Shown here in pieces: positions 28,849-39,265 of a DNA stretch of 64,000 nt. The position numbers were made by a program, and so were the translations under genes. The notes beneath the pieces were generated by a model. It saw nothing but the letters and a program-made list of their open reading frames with translations. It had not been told where the DNA came from and did not search any database. Source of the stretch: a virus; IMG/VR virus record IMGVR_UViG_3300002920_000014, positions 1 through 64,000 of that record, one strand, 5' to 3'. The stretch's first letter is position 1. Each line of letters opens with the position of its first letter.

Positions 28849-31023
28849 TCATAAGCTCATCTTTAAACCCTCCATCTTCTGTATAACGTGGGTGGCAAAC
28901 ACTTGGTGTGTGATGAGCGCAGCGGCTTGTTTTTTGGACAGTTTGTACGAAACATTTATTCCAAGACTCTGTAAATACGCTAATTGTTTGTCAGTAGCGT
29001 CTTCTTTTTTGTGCTTCCAAGAGGCTGACTTCGACGCAAAAGCTTTAGTTATCTCTTGTTCTTCAGCCGCCTGAACTATTTCCAAACTATCACTTTCTAG
29101 TGCGTTAATGTCGCTATTAACAGCCACAATGGTACTACTGATACTGCCACCCTGCTTAGTAACGAGCCATAAACTGAATTGGCTAAACAATTCTGCCGCT
29201 TTGCGCAAACGCTTTGTCGTATCTGTTCCTGCTCCATCTTCTGTCTCCATGAGTTTGGCTATGCGATCATCAATTTCAGAGGCAACGGTATAGTTGGGTG
29301 GGTATATAACTAACGCTTTCTCTTGTCCGATACTCATTGACATCACAAGCGATTGATCTATGTGCCAATCGTTGCCTGATTTGTTAACGATTTTACCCAG
29401 ATCGTAGATAGTATCCCCACCATATACTTTAAAACCTGTAGTTAGGTTTCGTATATCTCCTTCGGAAATATCTTCTTCGTTGGTCATAGCGTCATACAAC
29501 GCCTTGATGATTTTCTTTTGGAGTTTTGTTATGTTGGGTATATCTTTTGCTAAATCTTCCAGACTATTGATCGTGTTATAGACATAGGTTTTGTCTTTTA
29601 TAAACGATTGAAGATTTCCCCACTCAATCATCTGATCTTTTTTACCTTGCATAATCGCTTGGATGAGGTAATTCAGAGCTTCTACCAAATCTACATCCAC
29701 ATCGACTTGCTTTGTAAAAGGATCAACTTTGTAACCCATAATAGAACCAATACTGCTGATTACCAACTGTTGACCAGTGAAGTCAATTAGTTGCATATCC
29801 TCTTTTCCAGGGAAAAGACGTATGGCTCGACCAATAATCTGGGTGAACGTCAACTCGTTTACTTTACGCGCTAGGAGAATGGCTGAGCATCTGGGCAAAT
29901 CAATACCTTCAATTAACACATTGAAATTGGTTAATACCTTAATTTCACCTTCTTGGAACGCTTGAAAAAGTTTGCCCCGATCTTTGTTACTTACAAAGTT
30001 ACCGTGTTGATCTATGCACCCTTCTCCGTCTATGTGCGCGCAAGGTATACCATTTTCGTTAAACTTGGCGGCAAGCATTTTACTAGCAGTAATAGGGCCA
30101 ATGTCACCAATTCTTCCAACATAGGCGATAGCACTACGGTCGGATGCGTTGTCTAAGTAAGCTTTTACGATAACATCTGCCCAATTTTCTAGTTTAGTGA
30201 CGAATTGATTGTCTGTTTCGTTATCTCCGTCAACTGTAAATCCTTTTGCTGAAACTACAATTGGGTCAGCAAACGGTACGACATACCCGTGTTCTATGGC
30301 ATACTGGATTGTCCGGTTAGCAAACACCCTTTCAAAAATTGTGTTTAACCCTCTGCCGTCTGTGCGGATAGGGGTCGCTGTGTTGCCGATGATTTTCAGT
30401 TTTTTGCGACCCATAGCTGCATATAACTGCTTAATACGCTCAATCAGTACCAAAGATCCATCAGCTACCGCATGGTGCGCTTCATCGTGAATCCATAAAT
30501 CTATTGGGCCACCATTAGCTAATATTTCATCAAAACGGGGACTTATTAAAAACCTACGAGGGGAGTTGGGTCTTTTGACGACGTTACCATACTTATCAAC
30601 AGTAAAATCAGCTTTATCTATTGGATGAGATTCAGGATCCCCTCTGCCGATAGAGTCACTTTTATCTACGAGAGTTTGAATGGAAGCAGATATGATTCTC
30701 GCATTAACATGGTTAATCGACCCCATGACAATTCCAAAACCCGGGTATGATTTGTGATTGACTGTGATATACTTGTCAAACTCTGGTAAGAATTTTCTTA
30801 ATTCTCTGTCTGACTGGTAAACGAGTCCTTGATTTACCCCACCGACGAACAATGATCGATAACCTTTTAAAGGATTAGCAAAGCGCCGAATACTTTCGGC
30901 GCTTATAATGGTTTTTCCTCCTCCTGTAAAAATTCTGTATATACCGCTACTTACACCCTGTTCAAAAGCGTTTTGGGCCGCATTTACTGCATCTTCCTGA
31001 TACGGTCTTAACGATATCGCCAC
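28849..31023 (-). CDS. SF2 DEAD/DEAH-box helicase
   Basis: LRPYQ N-terminus. Motif I is TGGGKT, motif II is HDEAHH, motif III is TATP and motif VI is QIIGRAIR. GTG start with GGAGG 6 nt upstream. Confidence 0.85.
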   Translation of the reverse strand: MAISLRPYQEDAVNAAQNAFEQGVSSGIYRIFTGGGKTIISAESIRRFANPLKGYRSLFVGGVNQGLVYQSDRELRKFLPEFDKYITVNHKSYPGFGIVMGSINHVNARIISASIQTLVDKSDSIGRGDPESHPIDKADFTVDKYGNVVKRPNSPRRFLISPRFDEILANGGPIDLWIHDEAHHAVADGSLVLIERIKQLYAAMGRKKLKIIGNTATPIRTDGRGLNTIFERVFANRTIQYAIEHGYVVPFADPIVVSAKGFTVDGDNETDNQFVTKLENWADVIVKAYLDNASDRSAIAYVGRIGDIGPITASKMLAAKFNENGIPCAHIDGEGCIDQHGNFVSNKDRGKLFQAFQEGEIKVLTNFNVLIEGIDLPRCSAILLARKVNELTFTQIIGRAIRLFPGKEDMQLIDFTGQQLVISSIGSIMGYKVDPFTKQVDVDVDLVEALNYLIQAIMQGKKDQMIEWGNLQSFIKDKTYVYNTINSLEDLAKDIPNITKLQKKIIKALYDAMTNEEDISEGDIRNLTTGFKVYGGDTIYDLGKIVNKSGNDWHIDQSLVMSMSIGQEKALVIYPPNYTVASEIDDRIAKLMETEDGAGTDTTKRLRKAAELFSQFSLWLVTKQGGSISSTIVAVNSDINALESDSLEIVQAAEEQEITKAFASKSASWKHKKEDATDKQLAYLQSLGINVSYKLSKKQAAALITHQVFATHVIQKMEGLKMSL

Positions 31024-31354
31024 TATGTACCTCCGGTGTTTTTATGTACAGTTGGTTTATCTCAAAAGCAATCTCTTCAATTAAATGTTTCCATGTTACT
31101 GTGGGTGGGTTGCGTTTAATACTTTTTAGTGCAACACCATTAAAATTAACCCTGATTGGACCATAGTGCTTAACAAATGGTTTGTGACCTTTAAGCATGA
31201 ATTCAAGATAAAGTGAAGAATCAGTTTGATCTTCATACACATACGCCACAGAGCTTAAGCACTCAATTTTATCTATCTTGTAATAAACCAAAAGATAGTC
31301 TAATACGTCTTGACCCGCATTTACATTTCCTTTCCAATACAGACGAGAAGGCAT
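30962..31354 (-). CDS. hypothetical protein
   Basis: 130-aa ORF with GGAGGAG upstream. Its 3' end overlaps the helicase start by 62 nt. Confidence 0.45.
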   Translation of the reverse strand: MPSRLYWKGNVNAGQDVLDYLLVYYKIDKIECLSSVAYVYEDQTDSSLYLEFMLKGHKPFVKHYGPIRVNFNGVALKSIKRNPPTVTWKHLIEEIAFEINQLYIKTPEVHSGDIVKTVSGRCSKCGPKRF

Positions 31355-31357
31355 TAT

Positions 31358-31774
31358 TTAGACTCCTCCTCTGAAGAAATTCAATTCATTTCTACTATCA
31401 ATTTGTGGTTTTATAAACTTACAATCCATCTTAACAAATTCAAAAGCGTGCCTGAATGGTGGGTTACCGGTAACTAGATCATAATCAGGTTTGACTACAG
31501 AGTACAGAAAATCGGCGACGTATACGGTGTCGATTACTGTATCTTGTTTGGGTAAATCTGGGTCTATCTCATAACCCACTATGTGAGCTTCTGGTAAGAT
31601 TGATTTAACCGATGCACCTAAAGATCCTGTACCCCTCCCCATATCCAAGAGGTTTTTTGGTGGTTTAGTCGTACCCAACACCACCCCCACTTTGAGGACT
31701 CCTTGAGAAGTTGGGTAAAAGTCTGTCTTATGTTTTGGTTTCATATCGGCAGAATTTGTAAAAACAACAGGCAT
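31358..31774 (-). CDS. SAM-dependent methyltransferase core, N6-adenine type (NPPF)
   Basis: FYPT near the N-terminus. Motif I is LLDMGRGTGSLG and motif IV is GNPPF. At 138 aa it has no obvious target-recognition domain. Confidence 0.6.
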   Translation of the reverse strand: MPVVFTNSADMKPKHKTDFYPTSQGVLKVGVVLGTTKPPKNLLDMGRGTGSLGASVKSILPEAHIVGYEIDPDLPKQDTVIDTVYVADFLYSVVKPDYDLVTGNPPFRHAFEFVKMDCKFIKPQIDSRNELNFFRGGV

Positions 31775-31779
31775 TATGT

Positions 31780-32394
31780 CTACCCCACCTCTCTTAATAC
31801 TTTTCTCACAACACTCTCTTCTGAAAGGCGATCTGTGTTAACTCTCAAAGTCTTTTTTGCTAATCCTTCTTCAACAACGAATCTGAGCCAACTATTATAA
31901 CTCTGTGTATAGTAATCATAATCTGCTTTGTTTACTTTCGTCTCACCAAACGCTTCAAGTCTGTTATTGGTGGTATTAAAAGATGTTTCACAAAGAACGA
32001 GCAAATCAACCGGGAACAACGCCCGTTTAATGAAAGTGATGACTGGTACATACATTGCACGATTATAAACCAACGTAGATAACCACCACTCATCCAAAAT
32101 GACATAACTCATATTCAAGTTACTTGAAGAACGCTCATAAAACGAGCCGTGTATAAATTCTTTAACTTTCTCAGAAACCCATAGGTGCTGAATGAATTGA
32201 AGAAGTGCGCGTTCGTCTTCTGTCTCTGTGGCATCGTATAACGACTTCCATTTATTGTACAGTTCTTTGTTTGTACCCATAACGGGGTTGCACAAAACAA
32301 TAGAATTGGGCAGTTCTAATTTGAGATTATGAGCCAACGTACTCTTACCTGATTTATTGAATCCTTCAATCAAGATAATCTTCGTATTCTTCAT
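31780..32394 (-). CDS. P-loop (d)NMP kinase-like protein
   Basis: Walker A is IEGFNKSGKST directly after the ATG at 32394. Size and position fit phage dNMP or thymidylate kinases. Confidence 0.55.
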   Translation of the reverse strand: MKNTKIILIEGFNKSGKSTLAHNLKLELPNSIVLCNPVMGTNKELYNKWKSLYDATETEDERALLQFIQHLWVSEKVKEFIHGSFYERSSSNLNMSYVILDEWWLSTLVYNRAMYVPVITFIKRALFPVDLLVLCETSFNTTNNRLEAFGETKVNKADYDYYTQSYNSWLRFVVEEGLAKKTLRVNTDRLSEESVVRKVLREVG

Positions 32395-32395
32395 T

Positions 32396-32629
32396 TTAAT
32401 CCCCAATTTTGGACCATGAACCATCAGCTGACCTCTCAAATACCGCCACGAGTTCTGTAAATCTCGTCTCTAATAACTGAACTACTATGTCTCTCGGGAA
32501 CAGATGAGAAGCTAATTTTTCCTCCACCTGTTGTACAGACAAAAACCCTAGGTAGTGATCTGAGAAATTGCTCGGTTTTACTGATTTTGAGTACCATATC
32601 ACATGAAACTTGTGTGGTGGGACGATCAT
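32396..32629 (-). CDS. hypothetical protein
   Basis: 77-aa ORF whose stop abuts the kinase ATG (TAAAATG). Confidence 0.4.
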   Translation of the reverse strand: MIVPPHKFHVIWYSKSVKPSNFSDHYLGFLSVQQVEEKLASHLFPRDIVVQLLETRFTELVAVFERSADGSWSKIGD

Positions 32630-32680
32630 GATTTGTCACTTTCTTTAACTCCACCTTGTATGACAGTTTTAGCTAACTGT

Positions 32681-33292
32681 TTACACATCGTTACTCTCCG
32701 AAGCAATTTTCTTGAGAAATGCCAGTGTCATTTTGCAATCATACAGTGCATCATGAGCCAAGTCAATATTGACTTTAGCGAGTTGCTTCAAAGAAGATAA
32801 CTTAGGGTACTTAAAAACATTACTCAAAGTGTCGAAATTGCCAGCATAAAAAGAAGCGATGAGCATGGCATCATATATCACTCTTGGCTGAGGGTATGCT
32901 AAACCGTACTGTTCACAAGTGCTCGCTAACAACCTAGTGTCAAAAATTGAATTATAAGTAACCCAACTTCTACCCGCTAAGCTTATGTAAAGTAAAGTAT
33001 AAATATCTCGAAACGTTGGTTTACCCACAACATCATCTTCTGTAATACCGTGAGCTTTTGTGGCTCCAGAACTTATCTCCCTCTCTGGGTCAAGAATTGT
33101 TGACACTAATGGTTTGCCTATATTATCGATGATAGATACTTGAACAATACCAGAATCGGCTGTATCAAGACCAGTAGATTCAAAATCTAGGACCACCAAA
33201 TCTTGATTGGACAAGACATCACGAGCCATCTGCCTCGCAGTGTTTTTATAAGCAAAGTACCAATTAATCATCAAATTCCTCAAATTCCTCAT
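32681..33292 (-). CDS. DEDDh 3'-5' exonuclease (DnaQ/epsilon-like)
   Basis: Exo I is LDFESTG, Exo II is YNSIFD and Exo III is HDALYD. Confidence 0.8.
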   Translation of the reverse strand: MRNLRNLMINWYFAYKNTARQMARDVLSNQDLVVLDFESTGLDTADSGIVQVSIIDNIGKPLVSTILDPEREISSGATKAHGITEDDVVGKPTFRDIYTLLYISLAGRSWVTYNSIFDTRLLASTCEQYGLAYPQPRVIYDAMLIASFYAGNFDTLSNVFKYPKLSSLKQLAKVNIDLAHDALYDCKMTLAFLKKIASESNDV

Positions 33293-33473
33293 CCAAAAGT
33301 TCGTCGATCATATCAAACAGTATATCGCGCATTTCTGTATAAATCTTAATTTGTTGGGGGGTTAATTTAGACTGAGAAGCTAAACGCTTACTTAGTTCGT
33401 GAATAGCGTCCATAATACTACTAAAAGTCGGATAACGAATTGCTTTGTCATACAAACTAGTTAAGTCACCCAT
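33264..33473 (-). CDS. hypothetical acidic protein
   Basis: 69-aa ORF with an acidic C-terminus (DELLDEEFEEFDD). Confidence 0.4.
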   Translation of the reverse strand: MGDLTSLYDKAIRYPTFSSIMDAIHELSKRLASQSKLTPQQIKIYTEMRDILFDMIDELLDEEFEEFDD

Positions 33474-34233
33474 TAGATTTAACTTTTCTAGGAACTAAAA
33501 TTCCATACTTGTTCTGGCAAGCAGCAAGGTCTGGCATCAAAGTCTGAACGATGCTCAAAATAGTCAAAGCATATTGACGAATTTCAAACTGGGCGGCTAA
33601 ATCAACACGCAAGTCTAAAAAACGCAAGACGTTGAGTAAGTTAGCTTTATAAGTAAAAGTAGTATACATGGCGTACGCCGGGAGCACCAAACGCGCCATC
33701 TCATTTGCCACACCAGCCTCGTGCATATCCCGATACAACTTAACAGACTCAGCGATCAAAGTTTCAAAACGGCCTGAAAAATCTCCGATAACAGCTGTTT
33801 CACTACGACCTTGTTTGTTTTTTTCACTCTGTCGATACCAAACTTTCGGCACGTAAAACTCAGGTTCTTCAATATACGAATACCGTCCACTATAAGCGTT
33901 GTAAGATGCAGTACGATGACGAATCCACTGACTAAACACTACCATAGGCGCTTTAACTTGAAAGATAAACTCAACTGTTTCAAAAGGGCTAGTATGCCCC
34001 GATTTGAACAAATACTCAAAAAGTTTCATATCAGTATAATTGTAATTTAAAGCAGGATATGTACGACTTGTTGACACTCTCGCTGCGGCTACAATCTGCT
34101 CTTCTGGTCGAATACTAGTATGACCTATATTTGGCATCATATCCAGGAGAATAACGAACCCCTCCTCTAAAACAGGTATCGGTTGTAGCAACACACTTTT
34201 AAAAGTCCGTGCAAAATCTTGAAAATTCGTCAT
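33466..34233 (-). CDS. thyX: flavin-dependent thymidylate synthase ThyX
   Basis: The ThyX signature RHR-x-x-S-x(n)-S-x-RY is seen as WIRHRTASYNAYSGRYS. Confidence 0.85.
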   Translation of the reverse strand: MTNFQDFARTFKSVLLQPIPVLEEGFVILLDMMPNIGHTSIRPEEQIVAAARVSTSRTYPALNYNYTDMKLFEYLFKSGHTSPFETVEFIFQVKAPMVVFSQWIRHRTASYNAYSGRYSYIEEPEFYVPKVWYRQSEKNKQGRSETAVIGDFSGRFETLIAESVKLYRDMHEAGVANEMARLVLPAYAMYTTFTYKANLLNVLRFLDLRVDLAAQFEIRQYALTILSIVQTLMPDLAACQNKYGILVPRKVKSNG

Positions 34234-34293
34234 CTTATCCTCAATTTTATGCTAATTACTTATTACCGTGATCAATAAAGACGTAGTTTTTGA

Positions 34294-35481
34294 TCATGTT
34301 AATACCTCCATTACACGTTCTCCTAACCAACGAGCTACATTAGGCGTTACAGCATTCCCAATCTGCTTAAACTGATCTTTTTTAGTGCCTAAGATAATAT
34401 ACTCATTAGGAAAAGACATGCCGAGTTTAAGCTCGTGAGGTTGCAGAAACCGCATAGTGGATTGTTCAATGAGATCATCCATTGTATCCCCCTCTGGTAC
34501 GATTAAAGTGTGATTACTAGCCGTCGTAATAGTAGGAATACCATCATCCAAAGACGATATAGAGTCAGTACGGCCATAGTAAGTCGCCAAAAAAGGAGGA
34601 ACAATTAGTTTGACAACGTTCGTCTCAAAATCAGTATGCACAGGTTGACCAAAACGCTTGAATCCATTGCGTATCCGTTGAAGAGTTTTATTACTTAAAG
34701 GAGTTTTGCGGCTACCAATACGTTCTCCTTTAATCGACCAATCAATTACTTTCGATCCTGGAACGTGGGATGGCTTAACCTCAACGCCACATTGAGGACA
34801 ACGCCAAACATACTGACCGTTTCGACTACCGTATCTACCCCAAGGTCTATCAGAACGCTTCCACGATTGAACCGCTCCAATTTGCCCGTGATCAGGACAA
34901 TCAGCAGCAGGGCGATAATCTAGATCAGGAGGTTTAATACCACGCTTCCAAAACACGGCGTAATAACGATCACGTGATTGAGGAACGCCGTGAAACTTGC
35001 TATTGGTGTAAACGACGCGACCCTCATAACCGAGATTGAGCATCCCCCTCCACCAATCTTCATAAAACTGCCACACTTTAACTTCTACAACATTCTCCAC
35101 AAGTACTACATCATAACGGTGGTAGTCAGTGAACCTCACTACTTCATGCATAGTAGCCCTGGACTTTTCTTCAGCGGAGTATGTTCCTGTTTCGCAACAC
35201 GTTTCATATAGGTTGATATATTCTCGTTTACGTCCTTTCGCCACGGTATGATTGGTACATTCAGGGCTAAACCACGCAACTTGAGTACGAGGTAAATAAT
35301 TTGGGTGTACTTGCTGAATGTCGACTAAGTAATGATCTGTAGTAGGGTGATTAATACTGTGAGTCTCCAGAGCTGTCTTCCAATAGTCTATTGCTACCTT
35401 GATTTCAAACCCCACGGAAGACAAACCAACTGATGCTCCTCCCGCCCCACAAAAAAAGTCTGATACTGTTATTGATGTCAT
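34294..35481 (-). CDS. DNA (cytosine-5)-methyltransferase
   Basis: Motif I is DFFCGAGG, the catalytic region is SPEC, motif VI is ENV, motif VIII is QSRDR and motif X is GNAV. Confidence 0.85.
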   Translation of the reverse strand: MTSITVSDFFCGAGGASVGLSSVGFEIKVAIDYWKTALETHSINHPTTDHYLVDIQQVHPNYLPRTQVAWFSPECTNHTVAKGRKREYINLYETCCETGTYSAEEKSRATMHEVVRFTDYHRYDVVLVENVVEVKVWQFYEDWWRGMLNLGYEGRVVYTNSKFHGVPQSRDRYYAVFWKRGIKPPDLDYRPAADCPDHGQIGAVQSWKRSDRPWGRYGSRNGQYVWRCPQCGVEVKPSHVPGSKVIDWSIKGERIGSRKTPLSNKTLQRIRNGFKRFGQPVHTDFETNVVKLIVPPFLATYYGRTDSISSLDDGIPTITTASNHTLIVPEGDTMDDLIEQSTMRFLQPHELKLGMSFPNEYIILGTKKDQFKQIGNAVTPNVARWLGERVMEVLT

Positions 35482-35590
35482 TTAAAACACCCTTTACTGA
35501 GCCTATACACAAAAACTGCAAATTTAAACCATAACCCTATAACTTTCTTACGATTAACTATTGATGACATGAGCAGTAACTAGAATTATA

Positions 35591-35625
35591 AACAAAAAGA
35601 CTCTTTTAACAAGAGTCTTTTTGTT
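35591..35625 (-). terminator. intrinsic terminator-like hairpin (AACAAAAAGACTCTT / AAGAGTCTTTTTGTT)
   Basis: 15-bp stem with a 5-nt loop and T-rich 3' side on both strands. Lies between the gene ends at 35644 and 35481. Confidence 0.6.
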
Positions 35626-35643
35626 GGTTAGCTAAAATTCAAT

Positions 35644-35931
35644 TTAATCTTGAGTAGGGGGGACAGAAGGAGGAGGGGTTTGCTGAAGTTCTTTGGTAGA
35701 TGATAGAATCTTCAAAGCAACTTCGTAAGCAATGTCATCCACTTTTGTTCCAGTAGAATCAACTTGGGATTTGAAATTATTTAAGTAACGTTCTATAGTT
35801 TCAACCGGGATTGAATTGATTAGCCCTCTAATCAAAGTGTTGTGCGTGTACAAGAACGTCAACACGATGACTACAACGCCAGTGAAGACCAAAGCAATCA
35901 AAGTTCCGTTAGCGGCGATAAACTCTTCCAT
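35644..35931 (-). CDS. small membrane-anchored protein
   Basis: 95 aa with an N-terminal hydrophobic helix (GTLIALVFTGVVVIVLTFLY). Confidence 0.45.
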   Translation of the reverse strand: MEEFIAANGTLIALVFTGVVVIVLTFLYTHNTLIRGLINSIPVETIERYLNNFKSQVDSTGTKVDDIAYEVALKILSSTKELQQTPPPSVPPTQD

Positions 35932-38900
35932 TATACACCTACATCTTTCTCTAACAACTTCATATAACGGGTAATCGTACTGTTACTGGTAATGCCTAAT
36001 TCTTTAGCGATTAATTTGTACGACGGTTTAATCTTTCTGGGCCTCTTAGTGGACGCTAACCTATCCTCCATATATTTTAGCACAAATTCCTTAAATTTTA
36101 AATAACTATCCCCCGCAACCACGTTAACATAAGATTTTTTATTAAATATGTCAGTTATGAATCGTAAAGCGGGTCTAGATGATAAAACCACAATCAGTTT
36201 ACCATTTGTAGTAGTCATTGAAGTGTGGGGTCTGATTCTTTCTGCACATTGTTGTTGTTCACCGACTTCGAACCTATCCACCATTTCTGCTAACAACGGG
36301 TCTTTATATGAAGGGTGTGTATGTCCAAAATTAGTACCATGAAAATTAGAAACGACATCTGTTCTGACATCATACATACTGCCTAGATTTCTATCAACCT
36401 CTAACAAATAAGCCCACATATTCGTCATGTACCATACTTCAGGATAGGGTATTCTGAAAGCCCCAATCATAAGGACAGCTTCGTAGTCTTTATATAAATT
36501 AGTACCACGAAGACCGTTGTAATGCCCGAAACTTATTTTCGGTTCATCCGAAGTTGAAGCTTCTAAACCCACATATCGTATTCTAGCTGATGCTACACTT
36601 TCAATGACTTCTTTGAATTCTTTATGGGCGACGACTAAAAGTGATTTATGAGTCGTAAGAATTTTGCTAATGACAGCTATTATGTAATCAAGCTCATACG
36701 GAGTATCAATACCCGTAGCTGTTCTGAGTATGTGATCTTCAGGAAGTTCTTCTATTTGTTCTCTAAAACGCTTCACAAGCCTGTTCCGTGTAGACGCTGT
36801 ATAATCGTCCCCCACAACCTGAATTGTACGTGTCCTAGGATCATATACAGTCGGAGCGTAAACGTCTACAGGACGCCGAAACATAGCTTGATATATCCAC
36901 GGTAGACCGGTGGCATCAGCTATAACAATGGGCGTCTTCCTCTGCACTTTAATCTGTGACACAGGGTAGAACTCAAGACGCCCCCCGTTAATAAACACCC
37001 TAGTAGGCATATCTTTGTTACCTATTCTTTGTAAACGCTCAGACTCTTCAGCAATAACTTTTATGAAGTCACCGATAAAACGCTTTTTAATAGGAGAGTC
37101 TTGACCAAGATAAGTGGGGTGATAACGAGAAGCAACGTCTTCTAAACAATAACGTCTGATGTAATCGTGGAGGATAACGGTCTCATTAAACTTAGCAGAC
37201 AATTTATCTTGCAAAATCTCAATAACCCTACCACCACGAATCATATAATTTTCATTAGGCTCACCATGAATAAACATAGACTCACCCTCATTACTGACCA
37301 TGACCTCTTTAAGCGCTGTTATAAAGTCTTGCAAACGAAGCACTGAATCACGGTCTTCTAAATCAACTTCCCACATAGGAGAATGGGGAGCTATATCTTT
37401 TAAACTAAAAGAACGCCTGTTTTGTTCGTAAATGTGGCCTGGGTCTTCATCCACCACAATGAGTTTTGTATGTTCTTGAGGATAAGTGCTTTGTAGATGC
37501 TGATGTCTGTAAAACACAATGGATGACTTGTGCTTATCTTTTTCTTGCTTAAGATAACCCGATGTAATACAAGAATCCTTAAATGGGCAAGCAATGTGAC
37601 AATATTGCCCGACATCGTGATTGGCCGATCCTAACTCTTCGACTAGTTTATAATTTTGACAATTAGTTTCATTACGACCTTCATAATTAAACCATAATTC
37701 AGGGTGTTTACTAAGAGAAAGGATGTCTGCAAAACCGTCTCGAAACTGTCCAAACAAAGCTAAAGTGGCAAACGAGAAATTGTCTAACTTAGATTGGAGT
37801 TTTTTAACCGTCTTCTCCATCTCAGCTTTCTCTTCATCTGTGCCAGAAAAAGCTTCAAGTTCTGTTTTAGCCTCTTCTAAGCTTTGTTCAAGTTTTAACT
37901 TGTCAATTAATTTAACTTCTCGCTCTTTGATAGCAACATCCTCCATGTATGCTACAAGTGCATGACTCTTGCCAGATCCAGGAGGGGCTTTGAGAAGCAA
38001 GATGTTACCTTTGTTGGGGTAATCATTTACATACTGCTCAATCTGAGACCTTAACGAAAACGAACCATGTCTAAGTTGGCCCAAGCTTAAAGCAGCTTTT
38101 TTATCCTGTTCAGCTACGTTCTCCATGCCTTCAACAAGCTTAGAATTAAATATGTATTGAGAAGGCAAATCTTCATAAAACTCTAAGGACGTATCTAACC
38201 ACCGTCTAAACTCATCCCCTGAATAGCATTTTTGTAATACCTCAGTGACATCCTTAACGGACTCAGGTATTAAGTCTTTTGTTATATCCCAATTCAAAAC
38301 ACGAACTATAGCCCCTTGCATACGAAACATACTGGCCACTTTATCAGAGAAAGTGCGACCCGGAACGTCCCTGTCACCACATACGATAATGTCTTTAAAC
38401 CCCAAAGACATAATAAACTCTGTCTTTTTCTGTGACCAATGATTCGTACCAAAAGATACGACAAAATTCTTAAACCCCGCCTGCCAAACCGTAATTCCGT
38501 CTTTTTCACCCTCAGTAATGATAATAGTATCGTTGTCTGGATCATCTCTTACAAGCCATACATAAGGCTTCACAGAACCAGAAGAGTGGCGTTTCGTAGA
38601 TTTTCCATTGGCGTCCACCCCCCTCGTTCCGATATACCAAAGATCGGTTATTGTACCATGATCGACACTGGTGAGTTTCATAGGGATGATGTGGACATCA
38701 GGATCGTCGCTGTATAACGTCCCTTTACCTAAACGAAAACGCTTGATCGTCTTTTCCGTCCAGCCAAAACCTAGCCAAAAACGATAATCAACATTTCTAT
38801 GAGACAGGTTCACTTGACCATCTGTCCACAAACGACCAAGAGGAGTTACAGTTTCAGCGAACTTTAACTCGTGTTCTACAAAAGAATCACTGAGCCTACC

Positions 38901-39182
38901 ACATAATTTCTCAGCGAGATCTCGCATAGAGTAATACCCATTTCTGTTTCTCCCTCGCTGAGCGTTCGCACAATGCCGGCAATAAGCACCGTTCCGGCTA
39001 CTAAATATGGTCAAACGGTCATCACCATAAAAAGGCAAACCATCTCCATTGTATCTCACCCCTCGACCATCTTCCTCACAGAAAGGGCATGGGGCTTTCA
39101 ACTCTGACGAAACTGTTTTTACGCTGTTCATTGGAAACTTAGCGAGTATATCGTCTAGAGATTCAAATACAATGTCTGTCAT
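35931..39182 (-). CDS. Zn-finger/Toprim primase fused to P-loop helicase-like ATPase
   Basis: The zinc ribbon is CPFC...CRHC. Toprim is TEGEKDG plus CGDRDVPG. Walker A is APPGSGKS and Walker B is VVDED. Confidence 0.8.
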   Translation of the reverse strand: MTDIVFESLDDILAKFPMNSVKTVSSELKAPCPFCEEDGRGVRYNGDGLPFYGDDRLTIFSSRNGAYCRHCANAQRGRNRNGYYSMRDLAEKLCGRLSDSFVEHELKFAETVTPLGRLWTDGQVNLSHRNVDYRFWLGFGWTEKTIKRFRLGKGTLYSDDPDVHIIPMKLTSVDHGTITDLWYIGTRGVDANGKSTKRHSSGSVKPYVWLVRDDPDNDTIIITEGEKDGITVWQAGFKNFVVSFGTNHWSQKKTEFIMSLGFKDIIVCGDRDVPGRTFSDKVASMFRMQGAIVRVLNWDITKDLIPESVKDVTEVLQKCYSGDEFRRWLDTSLEFYEDLPSQYIFNSKLVEGMENVAEQDKKAALSLGQLRHGSFSLRSQIEQYVNDYPNKGNILLLKAPPGSGKSHALVAYMEDVAIKEREVKLIDKLKLEQSLEEAKTELEAFSGTDEEKAEMEKTVKKLQSKLDNFSFATLALFGQFRDGFADILSLSKHPELWFNYEGRNETNCQNYKLVEELGSANHDVGQYCHIACPFKDSCITSGYLKQEKDKHKSSIVFYRHQHLQSTYPQEHTKLIVVDEDPGHIYEQNRRSFSLKDIAPHSPMWEVDLEDRDSVLRLQDFITALKEVMVSNEGESMFIHGEPNENYMIRGGRVIEILQDKLSAKFNETVILHDYIRRYCLEDVASRYHPTYLGQDSPIKKRFIGDFIKVIAEESERLQRIGNKDMPTRVFINGGRLEFYPVSQIKVQRKTPIVIADATGLPWIYQAMFRRPVDVYAPTVYDPRTRTIQVVGDDYTASTRNRLVKRFREQIEELPEDHILRTATGIDTPYELDYIIAVISKILTTHKSLLVVAHKEFKEVIESVASARIRYVGLEASTSDEPKISFGHYNGLRGTNLYKDYEAVLMIGAFRIPYPEVWYMTNMWAYLLEVDRNLGSMYDVRTDVVSNFHGTNFGHTHPSYKDPLLAEMVDRFEVGEQQQCAERIRPHTSMTTTNGKLIVVLSSRPALRFITDIFNKKSYVNVVAGDSYLKFKEFVLKYMEDRLASTKRPRKIKPSYKLIAKELGITSNSTITRYMKLLEKDVGV

Positions 39183-39203
39183 ACTACGACCTTATCGGTG
39201 GAT

Positions 39204-39235
39204 AAAAGCGGCTATTATGAAAGATAGCCGCTTTT
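39204..39235 (-). terminator. intrinsic terminator (AAAAGCGGCTAT / ATAGCCGCTTTT)
   Basis: GC-containing stem followed by TTTTAT on the - strand, 30 nt after the stop of the 39266 gene. Confidence 0.65.
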
Positions 39236-39265
39236 ACGTTCAATTTTTAACGATGGTATAACTAA